From Thermoanaerobaculia bacterium (GTDB lineage: Bacteria > Acidobacteriota > Thermoanaerobaculia > Gp7-AA8), in assembly GCA_035255945.1 (NCBI GenBank), contig DATEZA010000123.1, positions 11,627-75,626 of the forward strand: a stretch of 64,000 nucleotides of DNA. The letters are read 5' to 3'. Position 1 is the first letter of the stretch; the number at the start of each line of letters is the position of its first letter. Below are positions 11,825 through 21,309 of the stretch, one piece after another. Position numbers and translations under genes: made by a program. A model generated the notes under the pieces. The model was not told the origin of the DNA. It searched no databases and worked only from the letters and a program-made list of their open reading frames with translations.

Positions 11825-13374
11825 TACGTTCCCGTCCTCGCCGTCGTGGTAGTCGTGGTGGTCGCCGGAGGCGCAGCGGGAGCCGGCGGCGCAGGTTGCG
11901 CGATCCCGATCCGCGTCTCGTAATCGGTCTTGTATCGCTGCACCGCGCGCGTCAATGCATCGACCACCGTGTTCTGGAACTGCTCATTCTTGATTTTGGC
12001 TTCTTCATCCGGATTCGAGATGAACGCGACTTCGACCAGCGCGGCCGGCATCGTCGCGCCGACCAGCACCTTGAACGGCGCCTGCTTCACGCCGCGATTC
12101 TGAATCCCGGCGAGCGCGTTCATCTCCTCCTGGATCGACTGCGCGAAGCGGCTCGATTCCGCGAGGTACTCCTGCTGGGCGAGGTCCCACAGGATCAATT
12201 TCAGATCGCCCTGCGTGCTCGGCGTGTGGCCGGACGACGACGCGTTCTCCGATTCCGCCGCCTTCTTCGCCAGCTCGTCCGATGCTTCCAGCGACAGGAA
12301 ATACACCTCGGAGCCATGCGCGCCTTTCACCGGCGCCGCGTTCATGTGGACCGAGAGAAAGAGGTCCGCCTTGTACTGATTCGCGACGCCCGTGCGCTGA
12401 TCGAGCGACACGACGCTGTCGTCCTCACGCGTCAGGATCACGCGCGCACCGAGCTTCGTCGCGAGCGATGCCGCGAGCTTGTTCGCGATCGCGAGCGTCG
12501 CATCTTTTTCGAGCAGGCCGCCGGGACCACTCGCACCGATGTCTTTGCCGCCGTGCCCGGGATCGATGACGATGGTGTGGATGCCGGGCTGCTCGACCGG
12601 CTTGTTCGACTGCGGCAGCACCGGTGCGTTCGGACTCGGCGCGACTTTGCGCACGTCGAGCACGACGCGATAAGGATTGTCGAGCTTGTACGCATCGCCG
12701 GCGACATCGGGACTGGTCAGCTGAATGCGCGCGTCGGTCCCGCTGAACGTGATCTTCGCGACATTCGGATCTTCGTACGCCTGTTCGTTGAACGGCGGAC
12801 GGATCTGCGCGGCGAAACGGATCGTGTAGCCGCCCTGCTCCTTCACGATCGCGTAGCCGGAGCTCTGGCTCAGCGTGAAGACGATTTTCGAAATGCCCTG
12901 CACGTTCGCCACGGAGACCTGCACGCCGACGACGGTGTGCTGCAGCGGACGGATCTGCATCAGCTTCGCGCGCTCGTCCCACACCACGTCGAGGTCGGCG
13001 GTCTTGGCGAGGAAGCCCTGGAAAAACTGGATGGTGACGAACGGATGGTTGTCGATGACCACCGGCGCGGCCGGCATCTCGATCAGGTCGTCGCGCACGA
13101 CGCCGAAGCGGCTGTCGGGTCCGAACGCGGCGACGTTGTTGTTGATGGTGACGCGATATCCGTGCGCGTCCGCCGCCACGCTTCCGCCCAACCCGGCCAC
13201 GACATCCTCGGCCGAAAAGTACGTCTGACCGTTCTGATGCGCGATCGCGATCTGGCGATCGCCGCTCTGCGTGCGCAGCGTGGCCGGCGTCGTCGATTGG
13301 ACCGTTGCTTGACCGAGTACGATCGAGGCTGCGGCGAGAAGGGCGAGGGATGTGAGGAGAATGAATCGCTTCAT
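11824..13374 (-). CDS. N-acetylmuramoyl-L-alanine amidase (AMIN + Amidase_3)
   Basis: Signal peptide. VVIDPGHGGKDIGA...DLFLSVHMNA zinc-amidase motifs. Its stop overlaps the GerMN gene start by 1 nt (11824). Confidence 0.88.
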   Translation of the reverse strand: MKRFILLTSLALLAAASIVLGQATVQSTTPATLRTQSGDRQIAIAHQNGQTYFSAEDVVAGLGGSVAADAHGYRVTINNNVAAFGPDSRFGVVRDDLIEMPAAPVVIDNHPFVTIQFFQGFLAKTADLDVVWDERAKLMQIRPLQHTVVGVQVSVANVQGISKIVFTLSQSSGYAIVKEQGGYTIRFAAQIRPPFNEQAYEDPNVAKITFSGTDARIQLTSPDVAGDAYKLDNPYRVVLDVRKVAPSPNAPVLPQSNKPVEQPGIHTIVIDPGHGGKDIGASGPGGLLEKDATLAIANKLAASLATKLGARVILTREDDSVVSLDQRTGVANQYKADLFLSVHMNAAPVKGAHGSEVYFLSLEASDELAKKAAESENASSSGHTPSTQGDLKLILWDLAQQEYLAESSRFAQSIQEEMNALAGIQNRGVKQAPFKVLVGATMPAALVEVAFISNPDEEAKIKNEQFQNTVVDALTRAVQRYKTDYETRIGIAQPAPPAPAAPPATTTTTTTARTGT

Positions 13375-13395
13375 TGAAGGCAGGCGGATTATCGC

Positions 13396-14013
13396 ATGCC
13401 GCTATACTCGGAGGTGATGCGTCGCCTCGCCATCTTCCTCATTCCATTGATGCTCGCCGCGTGCGGCGAGAAGCCGAAAGGCCCCGTGGTGAGCAAGGAA
13501 CCGGTGAGCGTCCGCGGCTGGGTTCTCGATGTCGAAGGAAGCGGCGGCGGCGACAACGCGCCGTTCCGGACGGTCGAGACGGAGGCGGCGCGGAAGATCG
13601 CGCTGTTCCAGTCGATGAACATCTGGGTCGAAGGCGCGCCGTACATCTCGGGCGGACTCGCGGAGAACGGCTCGTTCATCCTGCTCGACGTGCCGCCCGG
13701 CACGGTCACGATCGAGCTCAGCACGCCGACGATCCCGCAGGCGAAGCTCGTGCTGACGAATGTCCCCGGAAATGCGGATGTGCTCATCCCCGGAGTGATC
13801 GTGAAGAAGGATGGCGGGATTGCCGTCGCCGATCCGAAAGCGATCGAGGTGCGGACCGCGGCGAAGATCGACAAGCCACACGTGACCGCGCAGAAGGTGA
13901 TGGTGGCCGGGATTCCGATCCCGGTGATCGAGACGCCGCTCGCGCAGATGATCAGCCGCCGCGACTGGCCCGTGCCGCCCGGCAGCGCGCCGCCGGTAGT
14001 CACGATGAAGTAG
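13396..14013 (+). CDS. hypothetical lipoprotein
   Basis: Lipobox LMLAAC. Start ambiguous (ATG 13396 or ATG 13417 = MRRLAIF...). Confidence 0.65.
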   Translation: MPLYSEVMRRLAIFLIPLMLAACGEKPKGPVVSKEPVSVRGWVLDVEGSGGGDNAPFRTVETEAARKIALFQSMNIWVEGAPYISGGLAENGSFILLDVPPGTVTIELSTPTIPQAKLVLTNVPGNADVLIPGVIVKKDGGIAVADPKAIEVRTAAKIDKPHVTAQKVMVAGIPIPVIETPLAQMISRRDWPVPPGSAPPVVTMK

Positions 14014-14014
14014 C

Positions 14015-14117
14015 GGAGCGCGGGCATCCCTGCCCGCAGTGCGCGGGCGTCCCGCCCGGGCACGGTTGAGTCGCCGGACGGGACGTCCGGCGACTGCGGA
14101 CAGGATGTCCGCGCTCC
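14015..14117. repeat. 103-bp four-hairpin palindromic REP element
   Basis: GGAGCGC...GCGCTCC outer dyad enclosing four short GC hairpins (GCGGGCA-TCCC-TGCCCGC and similar). Homologous copy at 21212-21309. Confidence 0.8.
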
Positions 14118-14150
14118 ATCCTGGCATTACGGTTGAACCCGTAATCTTGC

Positions 14151-14630
14151 ATGAGAGACCGACGTGTCCGCGATGCGGGTGGGTGGGCGCGGCTCGCGAC
14201 GCGCGTGACTGACTGGGCCGGCTCGACGACCGGCTTCCTCTTCGCCGCCGGCACCATCGTCCTCTGGCTGATCACCGGCCCGTTTTTCCACTTCTCCGAC
14301 ACCTGGCAGCTGGTGATCAACACCGGCACGACCATCGTCACGTTCCTGATGGTCTTCCTGATCCAGCGCTCGCAGAACAAGGACGCGCTCGCGATTCAGT
14401 TGAAGCTGAACGAGCTCGTGGCGGGGCTGGAGGGAGCGAGCAACCGTCTGATCTCGGTCGAGGACCTATCCGAGGATGAATTGAAGGTGCTGCACATCCA
14501 CTATCAACGGCTCGCGGAGATGTCGAAGCGCGAGAGCGACGTGAAAGTCTCGCACTCCATCGAAGAAGCCGAGGCGCGGCACAACTTCAAGAAAGATCGA
14601 CGGAAAGGATCAACTCGGAAAACTTCTTGA
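14151..14630 (+). CDS. low-affinity iron permease family (PF04120-like) membrane protein
   Basis: HFSDTWQLVINTGTTIVTFLMVFLIQRSQNKD...IQLKLNEL is the signature core of this family. Confidence 0.8.
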   Translation: MRDRRVRDAGGWARLATRVTDWAGSTTGFLFAAGTIVLWLITGPFFHFSDTWQLVINTGTTIVTFLMVFLIQRSQNKDALAIQLKLNELVAGLEGASNRLISVEDLSEDELKVLHIHYQRLAEMSKRESDVKVSHSIEEAEARHNFKKDRRKGSTRKTS

Positions 14631-15570
14631 GGTCGATGTTGCCGCCGGACACGACGGCGACGATCGGTCCGTCGCCGGCTTTTCCCGACAGCGCCGCGGC
14701 GACGCCGAGCGCGCCCGCACCTTCCGCGATCACGCGCACTTTCTCCGCCACGAGCCGCATCGCGCGCTTCACTTCGTCGAGCGTGACCACGATCGAGCCG
14801 TCGACCACGCCATGCATCCGCTCCCACATGCGCGGGAAGATGCTCTTGCCGCCGGCGCCATCGACGAACGTCGCCTGCCAGCTGTCGAACTTGCGCGGCT
14901 CGCCTGCCGCGAACGACACCGCGCCGGGCGCTGCGGTCTCCGGCTCCGCGCCGAAGATGCGAACATCGGGCGCGACCGCGCGCACGGCGCTGCCGACGCC
15001 GGAGATCAATCCGCCGCCGCCGATCGCGGTGATCACGGCCCGCACGTTCGGCAGGTCTTCCATGATCTCCAGGCCGAGCGTTGCGTTGCCGGTGACGAAA
15101 TCCTGATCGTCGAACGGATGCACGAACGTCCCTTCGACGCCGCGGAACTCGCGCGCTTCCATCGCGTTCCAGCATGCATCGAACGGCGCACGGACGAGCG
15201 TCGCGCCGAGGGCTCGCATGCGGTCAATTTTCGTTTCGGGGGCGGTCTCGATCACGACGACCGTGCACGGAATGCCCGCCGCGCGCGCTGCGTACGCGAC
15301 GCCTTGTCCGGCGTTGCCGGCGCTGATGGTCCACACACCTCTCGCGCGCGCTTCATCGGACAGCATCGCGACCGCATTCGCCGCGCCGCGGATCTTGAAC
15401 GCGTTGATCGGCTGCAGGTTCTCGAGCTTCAGCCAGATCTCCGGCGCGTCGGTGCCGTGCAGGAAACGGATGAGCGGCGTGCGGACCGCAACGTTGCGAA
15501 TCCGTTCGCGCGCGGCACGGATCTCGGAAAGCGTGACGGGGCGGACGGGAGGAGGTGCAATCGCCGACAT
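14587..15570 (-). CDS. PLP-dependent threonine/serine dehydratase family protein
   Basis: Start at MSAIAPP (15570). LKLENLQPINAFKIRGA (PLP lysine) and the glycine-rich GGGGLISG loop. The upstream extension to 15705 runs through a repeat and is rejected. Confidence 0.85.
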   Translation of the reverse strand: MSAIAPPPVRPVTLSEIRAARERIRNVAVRTPLIRFLHGTDAPEIWLKLENLQPINAFKIRGAANAVAMLSDEARARGVWTISAGNAGQGVAYAARAAGIPCTVVVIETAPETKIDRMRALGATLVRAPFDACWNAMEAREFRGVEGTFVHPFDDQDFVTGNATLGLEIMEDLPNVRAVITAIGGGGLISGVGSAVRAVAPDVRIFGAEPETAAPGAVSFAAGEPRKFDSWQATFVDGAGGKSIFPRMWERMHGVVDGSIVVTLDEVKRAMRLVAEKVRVIAEGAGALGVAAALSGKAGDGPIVAVVSGGNIDLKKFSELILSVDLS

Positions 15571-15586
15571 CGGCCGATTAGACCAC

Positions 15587-15699
15587 GGAGTGCGGCGGCC
15601 ATGCCGCCGCTGCTGTTTTGACGCGCGGCCATGCCGCGCGACGGGCGGGCGGCATGGCCGCCCTGGCGAAAAGCAGCGGCGGCATGGCCGCCGCACTCC
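15587..15699. repeat. 113-bp palindromic element (four GGC-CATG-GCC hairpins)
   Basis: 28-nt perfect arms GGAGTGCGGCGGCCATGCCGCCGCTGCT / AGCAGCGGCGGCATGGCCGCCGCACTCC with two inner hairpins. Sits between divergent genes. Confidence 0.8.
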
Positions 15700-15728
15700 G
15701 GGCACGCCTCGTGCTCTTTTTGCGTCTC

Positions 15729-16394
15729 ATGCAAATGCACATCAAGTGGCTTTCCGTCATCACCGGAACGGCGCTCGCCGCATTCGGTCTGAAACGCCGC
15801 TCGCTCGGCGGACTCGCCATCGCCGGCATCGGCAGCGGCCTCGTCTGGCGTGGCCTGACGATGAACGACCACACCGCCGGCGACGACGATCACGTCAGCG
15901 TCCCGTATGGCCGCGGCATTCGCGTCGAGCGGTCGGTCACCGTCAACGCATCGCCCGAACAGCTCTACACGTTCTGGCGCGACTTCGAAAATCTCCCGCG
16001 CTTCATGCAGCACCTCGAGCGCGTCGACATCCTCGGCGGCACTCTTTCGCACTGGGTGGCGAAAGGTCCGGCGGGCCTGAAAGCGGAGTGGGACGCGGAG
16101 ATCATCAATGAAGTGCCGAACGAGCTGATCGGATGGCGCTCCGTCGACGGCTCGACGGTGCAGAACGCCGGCTCGGTGCACTTCACGCCGGCGACCGGCG
16201 GTCGCGGCACGGTGGTGAAAGTCGTGCTGCGCTACGACCCGCCCGGCGGCGCGCTCGGCGCGGCGATCGCGAAGCTCTTCAGCGAGGAGCCGAATTCCAC
16301 GGTGCGCGAAGACCTTCGCCGGCTGAAACAGCTGCTCGAAACGGGTGAAGTCGCGACGACCGCGGGACAGCCGTGGGGAAGGATGGCGTCATGA
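15729..16394 (+). CDS. SRPBCC (cyclase/dehydrase-like) protein with N-terminal membrane segment
   Basis: Start [13 protein letters not shown]. Core [27 protein letters not shown]...[18 protein letters not shown] is typical of the polyketide_cyc2/SRPBCC fold. Confidence 0.75.
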   Translation: MQMHIKWLSVITGTALAAFGLKRRSLGGLAIAGIGSGLVWRGLTMNDHTAGDDDHVSVPYGRGIRVERSVTVNASPEQLYTFWRDFENLPRFMQHLERVDILGGTLSHWVAKGPAGLKAEWDAEIINEVPNELIGWRSVDGSTVQNAGSVHFTPATGGRGTVVKVVLRYDPPGGALGAAIAKLFSEEPNSTVREDLRRLKQLLETGEVATTAGQPWGRMAS

Positions 16395-17569
16395 AAGCAG
16401 TCTGCTGGTGGGGCAAGGGCGAAGTGCGCGTGGTCGACACGCCCGATCCGACGATTCTCAATCCGCACGATGCGATCGTCCGCGTGACGCTCACCGCGAT
16501 CTGCGGCTCCGATCTGCACCTCTACGACGGCTACGTCCCGACGATGATGCGCGGCGACATCCTCGGCCACGAGTTCATGGGCGAGGTGGTGGAAGTGGGG
16601 AGCGACGTGCGCAACCTGCGCGTAGGCGATCGCGTGATCGTCCCGTTCCCGATCTGCTGCGGCAACTGCTTCTTCTGCAAGAACGGCCAGTGGTCGCTCT
16701 GCGACAACTCGAATCCGAATGCGTGGATGCTCGAGACGATGCAGGGCTTCGGCGGCGCCGCGTTGTACGGCTACTCGCATCTGTACGGCGGCTACGCGGG
16801 CGGACAGGCGGAGTACGTGCGCGTGCCGTTCGCCGATGTCAGTCCGCTGAAGATTCCGGACAACATCCCGGATGAGAAAGTGCTCTTCCTGACCGACGTC
16901 CTCCCGACCGGCTACCAGGCCGCGGAGCAGTGCAACATCAAGCCGGGTGACGTGGTCGCGGTGTGGGGCTGCGGTCCGGTCGGACAGTTCGCCATCGCCA
17001 GCGCGCGCCTTCTCGGCGCGGAGCGCGTGATCGCCATCGATCGCTTCCCCGAGCGTTTGCGTCTGGCGCAATTCCACAGCAAGGCGGAGATCCTCGACTA
17101 CAGCGAAGTCGACGATGTGTACGAAACGCTGAAGGAGATGACCGGCGGACGCGGTCCCGATGCGTGCATCGATGCGGTGGGCATGGAAGCGCACGGCACG
17201 ACGATCGATGCGTGGTACGACCGGGTGAAGCAGGCGATGCGGCTCGAGCTCGATCGCGCACACGTGCTGCGCCAGGTCCTGCACTGCTGCCGCAAAGGCG
17301 GGACGGTGTCGATCCCCGGCGTCTACGCGGGCTTCATCGACAAAGTGCCGTTCGGCAGCGCGTTCGGCAAAGGCCTGACGTTGCGGATGGGACAGACGCA
17401 CGTGCAGAACTACACACGCTCGCTGCTGAAGCGGATCGAGCGCGAGGAACTCGATCCATCGTTCATCATCACGCATCGCGTGACGCTCGACGACGCACCG
17501 GCGATGTATCAGACGTTCCGCGACAAGCAGGACGAATGCATCAAGGTGGTGATGCGCCCGGCGGCGTAA
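16391..17569 (+). CDS. zinc-dependent alcohol/formaldehyde dehydrogenase family
   Basis: ATGA overlap with the upstream gene. [17 protein letters not shown], and the CGNCFFC structural-zinc motif. Confidence 0.88.
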   Translation: MKAVCWWGKGEVRVVDTPDPTILNPHDAIVRVTLTAICGSDLHLYDGYVPTMMRGDILGHEFMGEVVEVGSDVRNLRVGDRVIVPFPICCGNCFFCKNGQWSLCDNSNPNAWMLETMQGFGGAALYGYSHLYGGYAGGQAEYVRVPFADVSPLKIPDNIPDEKVLFLTDVLPTGYQAAEQCNIKPGDVVAVWGCGPVGQFAIASARLLGAERVIAIDRFPERLRLAQFHSKAEILDYSEVDDVYETLKEMTGGRGPDACIDAVGMEAHGTTIDAWYDRVKQAMRLELDRAHVLRQVLHCCRKGGTVSIPGVYAGFIDKVPFGSAFGKGLTLRMGQTHVQNYTRSLLKRIEREELDPSFIITHRVTLDDAPAMYQTFRDKQDECIKVVMRPAA

Positions 17570-17581
17570 AATCCGCCCCGC

Positions 17582-19549
17582 GTGGGCAAACGATCACGGG
17601 AAAAGAAAGCACGTGTGGCGCCGGCGACCTCGCCGGCGATCTCGTCGGGGCCCGCCCCGGGGACCGCCGCGGGGACCGCCGCCGGGTCGGCGGCGCCACA
17701 CGTTTACATCCTCGCTGCGGCGATCTTTCTTGCAACGCTCGTCGCCTACTCGCACGTGCTGCGCGACGACTTCGTCTCCTTCGACGATCCGCTCTACGTC
17801 TCGCAAAACGGCCACGTCCGCACCGGGCTCACCTCGGCCAACATCGCCTGGGCGTTCACGACCTACCACGCTTACAACTGGCATCCGCTGACGTGGATCT
17901 CGCACATGCTCGACGTCACGCTGTTCGGCGCCGACGCCGGCCGCATGGCGATGATGAACGTGCTGTTCCACGCGCTCAGCTCGGTCCTCCTGCTCTTTCT
18001 CCTGCGCAAGATGACCGGCCGCACGTGGCCGAGCGCCGCGGTCGCCGCGCTGTTCGCGCTGCATCCCGCGCACGTCGAATCGGTCGCCTGGATCAGCGAG
18101 CGCAAAGACGTCCTCAGCACGCTCCTCTTCCTCGGCACGATCTGGTTCTATGTCGAAGAGCGCTACATCGCGATGTGCATCGTTTTCGCCCTCGCATTGA
18201 TGGCGAAGCCGATGGTCGTCACGCTGCCATTCGTGCTGCTGCTGCTCGATCGATGGCCGCTGAACCGCTGGTTCCGCATCAAGGAAAAGATCCCGCTGTT
18301 CGTGATGGTGATCCCCGCGATCATCCTCACGCTCAACGCGCAATCGAAAGGAATCGCGGTTGCCATTCCGCTCGCGCAGCGGCTCGCGAACGCAGCGCAG
18401 TCGTACATCTCGTACCTGCTGATGCTCGTGTGGCCGTCGAATCTGGCGATCATCTATCCATACCGTCCGCCGGGCGCGCTCGCGGTCGTCGCGGTGATTC
18501 TGCTGATCGTCATCACCATCGCCGCACTGCGCGCGCGTTTCGCCACGACCGGCTGGCTCTGGTACCTCGGTACGCTCGTACCGGTGATCGGCATCATCCA
18601 GGTCGGCCGCCAGTCGATGGCCGATCGCTACACGTACATCCCGAGCATCGGAATCTTCATCGCCGTCGTGTTTCTCGTAGATGGTGTAGGACAAGCTCTC
18701 AGCTTGTCCCGACAACCTGAGAGGTTGTCGTACACCCTCCGGGCGCTGACCTGCGCGATCCTCGCCCTCTTCGCCTTCCTCACCTTCCAGCAAACGCGCG
18801 TGTGGGAGAACAGCATCACGCTCTACACACACGCGATCGCCGTCACGAAGAACAACGACGTCGCGCACATGCTCCTCGGGGAGGCATACAACGGCGTCGG
18901 CGACGCGCAGGCCGCGGCGAAAGAGCTCGAGGCCGCGATTCAGATCGATCCGAACAGCGAAGAAGCGCTGCGCGATTACGGACGCCTGAAGCTCGCCACC
19001 GGCAAACCCGCGGAGGCGGTGCCGCTGCTCGAACGCGCGCTGCGGGCCCGTGACGACATCACGACGCGCGCATTGCTCGAAAGCGCGCGCGGCAATCTGC
19101 CCGCGGCGCTCGCCGCGTACGCCGGTGCGGTGAAGGAACATCCCGAGCTCGCCGATCGTCACAACGATTACGCCGCGATGCTCGCCCGCGCGGGCAGCGA
19201 CGACGCGGCGATCGCACAATACGAAGAAGCGCTGCGCATCGATCCCGGCATGTACGACGCGCGCATGAACCTCGGTGCAATCCTCAGCCGCCGCAATCGA
19301 TTTAATGACGCGATCGAGCAGTTCCGCGCGGCGGCGGCGAGTCGTCCGACATCACCCGAGCCGCATGTCTACATCGCGCTCGTGTACGCTTCGGAGAATC
19401 ACTCCGACCTCGCGTTGTCCGAGGTGAGGGCGGCGGCGGAGATCGACCACGATCAGGCCAACGCGCAGCTCACCAACGCGATGCACCTCGCGCCGAGTCC
19501 GACGAATATCGATGACTACCAAAAGTTCCTCGCCTCGCAAGGGCATTGA
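17582..19549 (+). CDS. GT-C (PMT/TMTC-like) membrane glycosyltransferase with C-terminal TPR repeats
   Basis: FDDPLYV...NWHPLTWISHMLD...ALHPAHVESVAWISERKDVL multi-pass N-terminal half; TPR-like C-terminal half. GTG start. Carries an in-frame repeat insertion at 18683-18736. Confidence 0.75.
   Translation: MGKRSREKKARVAPATSPAISSGPAPGTAAGTAAGSAAPHVYILAAAIFLATLVAYSHVLRDDFVSFDDPLYVSQNGHVRTGLTSANIAWAFTTYHAYNWHPLTWISHMLDVTLFGADAGRMAMMNVLFHALSSVLLLFLLRKMTGRTWPSAAVAALFALHPAHVESVAWISERKDVLSTLLFLGTIWFYVEERYIAMCIVFALALMAKPMVVTLPFVLLLLDRWPLNRWFRIKEKIPLFVMVIPAIILTLNAQSKGIAVAIPLAQRLANAAQSYISYLLMLVWPSNLAIIYPYRPPGALAVVAVILLIVITIAALRARFATTGWLWYLGTLVPVIGIIQVGRQSMADRYTYIPSIGIFIAVVFLVDGVGQALSLSRQPERLSYTLRALTCAILALFAFLTFQQTRVWENSITLYTHAIAVTKNNDVAHMLLGEAYNGVGDAQAAAKELEAAIQIDPNSEEALRDYGRLKLATGKPAEAVPLLERALRARDDITTRALLESARGNLPAALAAYAGAVKEHPELADRHNDYAAMLARAGSDDAAIAQYEEALRIDPGMYDARMNLGAILSRRNRFNDAIEQFRAAAASRPTSPEPHVYIALVYASENHSDLALSEVRAAAEIDHDQANAQLTNAMHLAPSPTNIDDYQKFLASQGH
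18683..18736. repeat. GTAGGACAAGCT-type double-hairpin repeat inside a CDS
   Basis: GGTGTAGGACAAGCTCTCAGCTTGTCC CGACAACCTGAGAGGTTGTCGTACACC. 54 bp = 18 codons (GVGQALSLSRQPERLSYT). Confidence 0.85.
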
Positions 19550-21239
19550 AATCTGGGTCTGCGCAGCGCTCGTCGTCCTGATCGCGATCATCTACGCGCA
19601 GGCCGCCACGCACACCTTCCTCAACTACGACGACGACCAGTACATCACCGCGAATCCGCACGTGCAGCACGGCTTCACGTCCGACGCGCTGCACTTCGCG
19701 TTCACCACGTTCAAGCCGAACTGGCATCCGCTGACGTGGATCACGTACCTCATCGACATCAGCGTCTTCGGCATCAGCGCGCCGCCGATGATCTACGCGA
19801 ACGTGCTGCTGCACATCGCGTCATCGCTGCTGTTGTTCTTCTTCCTCCGCCGTACGACGAAGCAGCTCTGGCCGAGCGCGATCGCCGCTGCGATCTTCGC
19901 CCTGCATCCGCTGCGCGTTGAATCCGTGGCGTGGGTCGCGGAGCGCAAAGACGTGCTCTGCGCGCTCTTCTTTTTTCTCGCCATCTGGTTTTACGCGCGC
20001 TGGACGGAATCGAAAGACCGCGGCTACTACATCGCCTCGGTGGCGATGTTCGCGATCGGACTGACCGCGAAAGGGATGATCGTCACGCTGCCGTTCGTCC
20101 TGCTGCTGATCGATTACTGGCCGCTGCAGCGCGGCCTGCACATCAAGGAAAAAATCCCGTTTTTTGTCGTGCTGGTCCCCGGCATCGCGACGATGTTCCT
20201 CACGCAGCGCAGCATCAACGCGATCGCGAGCGAGCAGCACGTGTCTCGGCTGGCGAGCATGGCGAATGCGGTGCTCTCGTACGTCGCGTACATCGGCAAG
20301 ATGCTCTGGCCGGTCGATCTCGTCGTGCCGTATCCGTTGCGGCTGGTGATTGCACCGTCGAAGGTTTTTCTCGCGCTCGTGCTGCTGATCGCGATCACGC
20401 TCGTCGCGTGGTCGATGCGCAAACGCCATCGCTATCTCCTCACCGGCTGGCTCTGGTACCTCGGCATGATGGTGCCGGTGATCGGCTTCATCCAGCTCGG
20501 ATCGGCGTCGATGGCGGATCGCTACACATACCTGCCGCAGGTCGGACTCACGTTCGCGATCGTCTGGCTCTTCGCGAAGAAGCCGTGGATCGCGGCCGTG
20601 CCGTTAGTGGTGCTCGTACCGCTGTCGTTCATGCAGGTGGGCTACTGGAAAAACGCGGAGACGCTGTTCCAGCACTCGATCGCGAACAGCGAGCGCAATC
20701 GCATTGCCATGGACATGCTCGGGCTCGAGTACAACAAGGAGAACCGCCATGCCGAAGCGGCGGAGACGTTCCGCGCCGCGCTCGCGCTGAAGCCGGATGA
20801 TGAGATCGCGGTGAACGGACTCGCGGAGGCGGGCGGCGCGGCGGCGGAGCACAACAATCGCGCCGCGGCATTCGCGCGTGCGGGACGCGATCGGGAGGCG
20901 CTCGCCGAATACGACGAAGCGCTCCGACTCGATCCGCACCAGTACGACGCACGCATGAACCTCGGCGCACTGCTGTCGCGCATGAACGACAACGCCGGCG
21001 CCGCCGCGCAGTTCGAAGCGGCGGCGAAGGAGCGGCCCACATCCGCCGAGCCGCATGTGTACCTCGCGCTGGTCTACGCAACCGCCGGACAGAACGCGCT
21101 GGCGATTCAGCAGGCGAATGCAGCGGTCGCGATCGATGCGGAAGCCGCGAATCGCGTGCTCGCATCCGCGCTGCAGCGGCCGGTCACGATCGACGAGTTC
21201 GTGCAGGAAATGGAGCGCGGGCGTCCTCGCCCGCAGTGA
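19512..21239 (+). CDS. GT-C (PMT/TMTC-like) membrane glycosyltransferase with TPR repeats, paralog
   Basis: Colinear with 17582-19549 (YDDDQYI...NWHPLTWITYLID...ALHPLRVESVAWVAERKDVL). Start overlaps the upstream paralog by 38 nt. Confidence 0.75.
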   Translation: MTTKSSSPRKGIEIWVCAALVVLIAIIYAQAATHTFLNYDDDQYITANPHVQHGFTSDALHFAFTTFKPNWHPLTWITYLIDISVFGISAPPMIYANVLLHIASSLLLFFFLRRTTKQLWPSAIAAAIFALHPLRVESVAWVAERKDVLCALFFFLAIWFYARWTESKDRGYYIASVAMFAIGLTAKGMIVTLPFVLLLIDYWPLQRGLHIKEKIPFFVVLVPGIATMFLTQRSINAIASEQHVSRLASMANAVLSYVAYIGKMLWPVDLVVPYPLRLVIAPSKVFLALVLLIAITLVAWSMRKRHRYLLTGWLWYLGMMVPVIGFIQLGSASMADRYTYLPQVGLTFAIVWLFAKKPWIAAVPLVVLVPLSFMQVGYWKNAETLFQHSIANSERNRIAMDMLGLEYNKENRHAEAAETFRAALALKPDDEIAVNGLAEAGGAAAEHNNRAAAFARAGRDREALAEYDEALRLDPHQYDARMNLGALLSRMNDNAGAAAQFEAAAKERPTSAEPHVYLALVYATAGQNALAIQQANAAVAIDAEAANRVLASALQRPVTIDEFVQEMERGRPRPQ

Positions 21240-21309
21240 GCCGGCGTCCCGCCGGATCACGGTCAGCGGGCGAGACGCCCGCCGACTGCGGCCGGGACGG
21301 CCGCGCTCC
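21212..21309. repeat. 98-bp four-hairpin palindromic REP element
   Basis: Same architecture as 14015-14117, with different but still complementary stems. Contains the stop codons of both convergent genes (21237-21239 and 21263-21265). Confidence 0.8.

Noticed and set aside
11788-13377. 529-aa plus-strand ORF covering the amidase locus.
   Set aside because: It is antisense to a gene with clear Amidase_3 motifs and a signal peptide, and its own product is Arg-rich nonsense.
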